Shown piece after piece: positions 59,316 to 64,000 of a stretch of DNA of 64,000 bases. This stretch comes from Candidatus Krumholzibacteriia bacterium (GTDB lineage Bacteria > Krumholzibacteriota > Krumholzibacteriia > LZORAL124-64-63). The translations under genes and the position numbers were made by a program. The notes under the pieces were generated by a model, which was given only the letters and a program-made list of their open reading frames with translations, did no database searches and was not told where the DNA came from. The stretch covers positions 1-64,000 of the forward strand of contig JBFXKG010000005.1 in assembly GCA_050174015.1 (NCBI GenBank). The letters are read 5' to 3'. Every line of letters begins with the position of its first letter. The first letter of the stretch is position 1.

Positions 59316-60866
59316 ATGAGCCAGACCATTCCCGCCGCCGACCTGCGATCGTTCATCCGGTTCCTCGAGGACCGGGGCGAACTGGTGCGTGTGAGCGAGC
59401 CGGCCGATCCCTGCCTGGAGATCACCGAGATCGCCGACCGGTTCGTCAAGGCCGGCGAGTCGCCGGCCCTCCTGTTCGAAAATCCGGCCCGGGGGGAACT
59501 CAGCGCCCGGGCGGGTCTCGACCGGCAGGCGAAGGGACCCGACGGCAAGCCGGTCCCCCTGCTCATCAACCTGTTCGCGAGCCGACGCCGGATGGCCTGG
59601 GCCCTGGGTTGCGATTCCATCGACGAGGCGGTCGCGCGCATCAGGGAGCCCCTGGGCATGGGCCCCCCGTCCGGCCTGTGGGACAAGGTCCGCATGCTGG
59701 GCAAGCTCAAGGACTGGGGCGGGACCACGCCGCGGATGGTGGACCGGGGCGCCTGCCGGCAGATCGTCGTCCAGGGTGAAGAGCTCGACCATCGCGGGCT
59801 GCTGGATCTGATGCCGGTGCTGACCACCTGGCCCGGGGACGGCGGGCCGTACATCACCACCCCCCTGGTGATCACGCGGAATCCCGAGAACGGCCGGCGC
59901 AACATCGGCATGTACCGCATGCAGGTCTTCGACGGCCGCATGACGGGCATGCACTGGCAGGTGCACAAGACCGGGGCGGCCCACTTCGCGGAGCACGAGA
60001 AGCAGGGCACACGGATGCCCGTCTGCGTGGCGATCGGGGGGCCGCCGGCCTTGACCTACGCGGCGACCGCCCCCTTGCCGCCCGACATCGACGAGGCCCT
60101 GTTCGCCGGTTTCCTGACAGGCCGCCCCGTCACCATGACCAAGGCCGTGACCTGCGATCTCGAGGTTCCCGCCGAGGCGGACTTCGTCATCGAGGGCTAC
60201 GTCGAACCGGGCGAACGCCGCCTCGAAGGCGACTTCGGGGACCACACCGGCTGGTACAGCCTGGCCGAGGACTTCCCGGTCTTCCACGTGACCTGCATCA
60301 CGAGCCGTCGCGACCCGGTCTACCTGACCACCATCGTCGGCAAGCCGCCCATGGAAGACGGCTGGCTGGGGTGGGCCACCGAACGGCTGTTCCTGCCGCT
60401 GTTGCAGATCCCCCTGCCGGAAGTGGTGGACTACCACCTGCCGGTGGCCGCCTGCTTCCACAACCTGGTGATCGTGGCCATCCGGAAACGCTATCCCGGC
60501 CACGCCCGCAAGGTCTGCCAGGCTCTGTGGGGCACCGGGCAGATCATGTTCTCCAAGACGGTGATCGTCGTCGACGAGGACGTCGACGTCCACGACCTGA
60601 ACGAGGTGCTGTGGAGGGTGACCGGCAGCATCGATCCCGGCCGCGACGTGTTCTTCAGCGAGGGGCCCATCGACCAGCTCGATCACGCGACCAATCTGGC
60701 CTGCTACGGCGGGAAGATGGGCATCGACGCCACCACCAAGCTGCCGGGCGAGCTCGGCTACCAGCGGGAGTGGCCGCCCATCGTCACGATGGATCCCCAG
60801 GTGAAGGACGTGGTCTCGCGCAAATGGGCCGACCTGCTCGCCCGTCTCCAGGGCGGCGGAGCCTGA
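59316..60866 (+). CDS. UbiD-family menaquinone biosynthesis decarboxylase (MqnL-like)
   Basis: TWPGDGGPYIT, NIGMYRMQ, GMHWQ.HK, EGDFGDHTG, GKPPMED, GGKMGIDAT. Confidence 0.9.
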   Translation: MSQTIPAADLRSFIRFLEDRGELVRVSEPADPCLEITEIADRFVKAGESPALLFENPARGELSARAGLDRQAKGPDGKPVPLLINLFASRRRMAWALGCDSIDEAVARIREPLGMGPPSGLWDKVRMLGKLKDWGGTTPRMVDRGACRQIVVQGEELDHRGLLDLMPVLTTWPGDGGPYITTPLVITRNPENGRRNIGMYRMQVFDGRMTGMHWQVHKTGAAHFAEHEKQGTRMPVCVAIGGPPALTYAATAPLPPDIDEALFAGFLTGRPVTMTKAVTCDLEVPAEADFVIEGYVEPGERRLEGDFGDHTGWYSLAEDFPVFHVTCITSRRDPVYLTTIVGKPPMEDGWLGWATERLFLPLLQIPLPEVVDYHLPVAACFHNLVIVAIRKRYPGHARKVCQALWGTGQIMFSKTVIVVDEDVDVHDLNEVLWRVTGSIDPGRDVFFSEGPIDQLDHATNLACYGGKMGIDATTKLPGELGYQREWPPIVTMDPQVKDVVSRKWADLLARLQGGGA

Positions 60867-61627
60867 TGGCCCGGTTCGAGGACATCCACGGCCGCAACGA
60901 GTCGTGGACGGTGCGCGACACCGGAACCCACAGCCGCACCGTCCGGTCGATGTTCGCCCGCATCGCCCGCGTCTACGACTTCATGAACCACCTGCTGAGC
61001 CTGAACCGGGACAAGGCCTGGCGCAAGCGGGTGGCCGCCCGGCTCGACCACGACGCCTGGGAGGTGCTCGACCTCTGCGCCGGCACCGGGGACCTCGCCC
61101 TGGCGGCGATGAAGGCGGGCAAGGGGCGGGCCTGGATCGCGGCCGACTTCTGCCCCGAGATGCTCGCCGGCTCGCGCGGCAAGCGCGGGGCGGGCGAGCT
61201 CAGGCTCGCGGCCGCCGACGCGATGGTTCTGCCCTTCCGTGACATCAGCGTCGATGCGGTGACCGTCGGCTTCGGCGTCCGCAACTTCGCCGACGTGCGG
61301 CGGGGCGTGCAGGAGATCGCGCGGGTCCTGCGGCCCGGCGGACAGGTCCTGGTGCTGGACTTCTTCCGGGACGATCCGGCGGGCGAGGAGGAAGCCCGGG
61401 GCGTGTCGGGGCCCATCCGCATCCTCCTGAACACCTTCGTGCCCCTGGTGGGAAAGCTGGTGGGCAGGGACGGTTCGGCGTACCGGTATCTCAGCAGCAG
61501 CATGGCGGCGTTCATGACTCCGCGCGAATTCGCGGGCCTGCTCGATGAATTCGGGTTCAAGGACACCTTCATCGAGCGGCAGACCTTCGGCATCGCCCAC
61601 CTCGTCGGCGGAAGGCTGGAAAAATGA
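60866..61627 (+). CDS. menG: Demethylmenaquinone methyltransferase (UbiE/MenG)
   Basis: MFARIARVYDFMNHLLS, LDLCAGTGD, FGVRN, RVLRPGG, AYRYL; TGATG overlap. Confidence 0.88.
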   Translation: MARFEDIHGRNESWTVRDTGTHSRTVRSMFARIARVYDFMNHLLSLNRDKAWRKRVAARLDHDAWEVLDLCAGTGDLALAAMKAGKGRAWIAADFCPEMLAGSRGKRGAGELRLAAADAMVLPFRDISVDAVTVGFGVRNFADVRRGVQEIARVLRPGGQVLVLDFFRDDPAGEEEARGVSGPIRILLNTFVPLVGKLVGRDGSAYRYLSSSMAAFMTPREFAGLLDEFGFKDTFIERQTFGIAHLVGGRLEK

Positions 61628-62220
61628 GCGACCATGCGGCCATCGGAGTGGGCTGGACCGGCGCCAGCGGCCTCATCTACGGCGTGCGCCTGGTGGAGGT
61701 GCTGCTGCAGGCCGGTTGCGACGTGAACCTGGTGGTCTCGGGCGCCGTCGCCCAGACCGCGCCGGTCGAGTTGCAACAGCCGGTGGAGGCCGTGATCGCC
61801 GGGTTGAAGGGCCATGGGCCGGGCAGGCTGCGGGTCTTCGGCCAGAGCGAGTTCACGGCGCCCCTTGCCAGCGGATCGGCCCACGGCGGACCCTTCGTGG
61901 TGGCGCCCTGCAGCATGGGCACCGCCGGCCGCATCGCCGCGGGCACCAGCGAGACGCTCCTGTTGCGGGCCGCGGACGTGTGCCTCAAGGAACGCCGCCC
62001 CGTGATCGTCGTCCCCCGCGAGACGCCGATGGCCACGCACCACCTTGAAAATTTGGCCCGTCTGAGCGCCATGGGCGTGCTGGTGCTGCCGGCGGCTCCC
62101 GGGTTCTATCACCGGCCGCAGTCGGTGGCCGATCTGGTGGATTTCATCGTCCAGCGGATCTGCGATCACCTGGGCGTGGACGTGGACCTGGCGCCGCGGT
62201 GGGGGGATGCCGGAGCATGA
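61624..62220 (+). CDS. ubiX: Flavin prenyltransferase
   Basis: TGASG..YG, ASGS, PCSMGT, RAADVCLKE, PRETP, PGFYHRP. Confidence 0.92.
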   Translation: MSDHAAIGVGWTGASGLIYGVRLVEVLLQAGCDVNLVVSGAVAQTAPVELQQPVEAVIAGLKGHGPGRLRVFGQSEFTAPLASGSAHGGPFVVAPCSMGTAGRIAAGTSETLLLRAADVCLKERRPVIVVPRETPMATHHLENLARLSAMGVLVLPAAPGFYHRPQSVADLVDFIVQRICDHLGVDVDLAPRWGDAGA

Positions 62221-63071
62221 CCCTGATCGCCCGCTATCTTTCCCTGATCAAGTTCGAGCACACGATCTTCGCCCTGCCGTTCGCGTTGATCTCGCTGCTG
62301 GTCGCCGCGGACGGCCGCCCCCCGCTGGGCGTCCTCGGCTGGGTCCTGGTCGCCATGGTGGGGGCCCGCAGCGCCGCGATGGCCTTCAACCGCCTGGCCG
62401 ATCGCCACATCGACGCCGCCAACCCGCGCACCGCCGACCGCCACATCCCCGCGGGCCAGGTGTCGGTCACGGGGGCGGCGATCTTCGTCCTGCTGTCCTG
62501 CGCCCTGCTGGTGCTGGCCGCCTGGCGCCTGAATCCCCTGTGCTTCAAGCTGAGCCCGGTCGCCCTGCTGGTGGTTCTTGGCTACTCCTACCTGAAGCGA
62601 TTCTCGGCGGCGGCCCACCTGGTGCTGGGACTGGGCCTGGCCATCGCCCCGGTGGGGGCCTGGCTGGCGGTGACCGGTTCGTTCGCGCCCTTTCCCCTGT
62701 GGCTTGCAGCCGGGGTGATGTTCTGGGTCGCGGGGTTCGACACCATCTACGGGTGCCAGGACTTCGAGTACGACCGGCAGACGGGGTTGCATTCCCTGGC
62801 CTCCCGCCTGGGAGTCCGGCGCGCCCTGTTGCTGTCCCGGATCTTTCACGTCCTGTCCATCGGGTTCATCGCCGGGGCCTTCCGGCGGGCCGAGGCCCTG
62901 GGGCCGGTCTCGGTGGCCGGGGTGGTCATCATGGCGGGGCTGCTGGCCTGGGAGCAGGCCCTGGTGCGCGACGGGGACCTGAAGCACATCGACAAGGCCT
63001 TCTTCACCATCAATTCCTGGATCGGGATGGTGCTGCTGGGGGTCGTGGTGGTGGATATCTTCCTGGTTTGA
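62217..63071 (+). CDS. UbiA-family polyprenyltransferase (MqnP-like)
   Basis: IKFEHTIFALPFA, ARSAAMAFNRLAD..ID..NPRT, GFDTIYGCQD. Confidence 0.9.
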   Translation: MTLIARYLSLIKFEHTIFALPFALISLLVAADGRPPLGVLGWVLVAMVGARSAAMAFNRLADRHIDAANPRTADRHIPAGQVSVTGAAIFVLLSCALLVLAAWRLNPLCFKLSPVALLVVLGYSYLKRFSAAAHLVLGLGLAIAPVGAWLAVTGSFAPFPLWLAAGVMFWVAGFDTIYGCQDFEYDRQTGLHSLASRLGVRRALLLSRIFHVLSIGFIAGAFRRAEALGPVSVAGVVIMAGLLAWEQALVRDGDLKHIDKAFFTINSWIGMVLLGVVVVDIFLV

Positions 63072-63172
63072 CGGCAACAATACCCGCTTCCCGGCAGGAA
63101 ACTTCCCCTCGTGTGTCCGGATCATGATAGAATTGTTTCAGTTATTCCAATATCCATTGAAGGGGGATCACG

Positions 63173-64000
63173 ATGTTGCGGATTCTGGTCCTGGGTTTGT
63201 GCATGGGATTGTGTTCTGCGGGCCAGGGTGTTCAGGCTCAGGACACCATCGGAATGTTCTTCGACGCCGATGGCCTCACGACCACGACCACGACCACCCT
63301 TCCCTACCAGGCGGTGTCCGGCTGGCTGCTCCTGCTGGATGCCAGTCAGGCTGAAGGGGTCAACAGCTGGGAGTGCGAGGTCCGGGCCACGAGTCCCGGG
63401 CCCGAGCCCATCGTGACCTGGGAGGTCCTGGGAACCAGCGTCATCGTCAGCCCGCCCCCCTTCTTCCAGGTGGGGATGGGGGTGCCGCATCCCTGGGCCC
63501 CGGTGATCGCCCTGGCCAGGGCGAACATCCTGGTTCCCGAGCCCGGGCAGAAGGTGGTCTTCCGCATCCTGCCGTTCGATCCCCCCTCGATGGCGGATCC
63601 CCCGGGTTACCCGGTGTACAAGCCCGTCTACGGCAGCGGGGCGGCGGTCGACCTCTATCCCCTGGAGATCGCTGGGGGCTGCGCCACCGCGCCCGTCGCC
63701 TGGATCAACCCTGACGGGATCGACGCTCAGCCCCGGTTGCTCGGCTGGCCGGGCACGATGTACTTCGGCGGAGTCGATCCGGGATCGTACGCCACGATGC
63801 ACTTCACGCTCAGGAATCCCGACACGATCGAGGTCATCGGGACCCTGTCCCTGGACATGGCGGAGACCGCCTACACCCAGGAGGACCTCTACTTCACGAC
63901 GATGCCGACCAGTTTCCGCATCGGGCCCGGCCGTGAACTCACGATATGGCTGATGTACCACCCGACCACCACCGATCCTGTCTTCGGCACGATGACCGTG
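63173..64000 (+). CDS. 5' part of a secreted hypothetical protein, runs off the window
   Basis: Manual translation MLRILVLGLCMGLCSAGQGVQAQDTIGMFFDADG...; open to the window end; AGGGGG SD. Confidence 0.7.
   Translation, partial: MLRILVLGLCMGLCSAGQGVQAQDTIGMFFDADGLTTTTTTTLPYQAVSGWLLLLDASQAEGVNSWECEVRATSPGPEPIVTWEVLGTSVIVSPPPFFQVGMGVPHPWAPVIALARANILVPEPGQKVVFRILPFDPPSMADPPGYPVYKPVYGSGAAVDLYPLEIAGGCATAPVAWINPDGIDAQPRLLGWPGTMYFGGVDPGSYATMHFTLRNPDTIEVIGTLSLDMAETAYTQEDLYFTTMPTSFRIGPGRELTIWLMYHPTTTDPVFGTMTV

Noticed and set aside
59316..63071. UbiD-UbiE-UbiX-UbiA cluster as a novel system
   Set aside because: Matches the known late steps of the futalosine-type menaquinone pathway
63278..63298. ACGACC microsatellite as a phase-variation site
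   Set aside because: In-frame hexamer encoding a short poly-Thr run; slippage would not shift the frame

Overview
GC-rich bacterial chromosomal window with about 47 CDS and no rRNA, tRNA, CRISPR array or transposase. The FlgD/Por-type C-terminal domain, the short '(S/T)(W/F)GxxKSxFR' protein tails and the futalosine-type menaquinone genes suggest an FCB-group lineage such as Krumholzibacteriota/Latescibacterota (inference). Contents in order: protein repair (pcm, msrA); ogt-symporter-methyltransferase operon; secreted proteins and proteases (two M16, S8-PKD, M48); a 1544-aa acidic surface lipoprotein converging on a pseudaminic-acid-like cluster (pseB, pseC, fused NeuB/PseI-PseG, GH57, SpsF, amidotransferase, methyltransferases); a sigma54 activator; PadR module; HNH nuclease; DinB and ovoA; HDOD-REC-GGDEF; and UbiD-menG-ubiX-UbiA. 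Best candidate for an undescribed system: a sigma54-promoter operon (36735 to 35641) encoding an unannotated 41-aa Lys/Pro-rich peptide, a GGQ-less eRF1-domain-like protein and a translationally coupled SET-domain methyltransferase. Other highlights are an identical 17-bp element in front of the divergent HNH and dinB genes, and a complementary glycosyltransferase/methyltransferase paralog pair. All family assignments come from motif recognition, not database searches.
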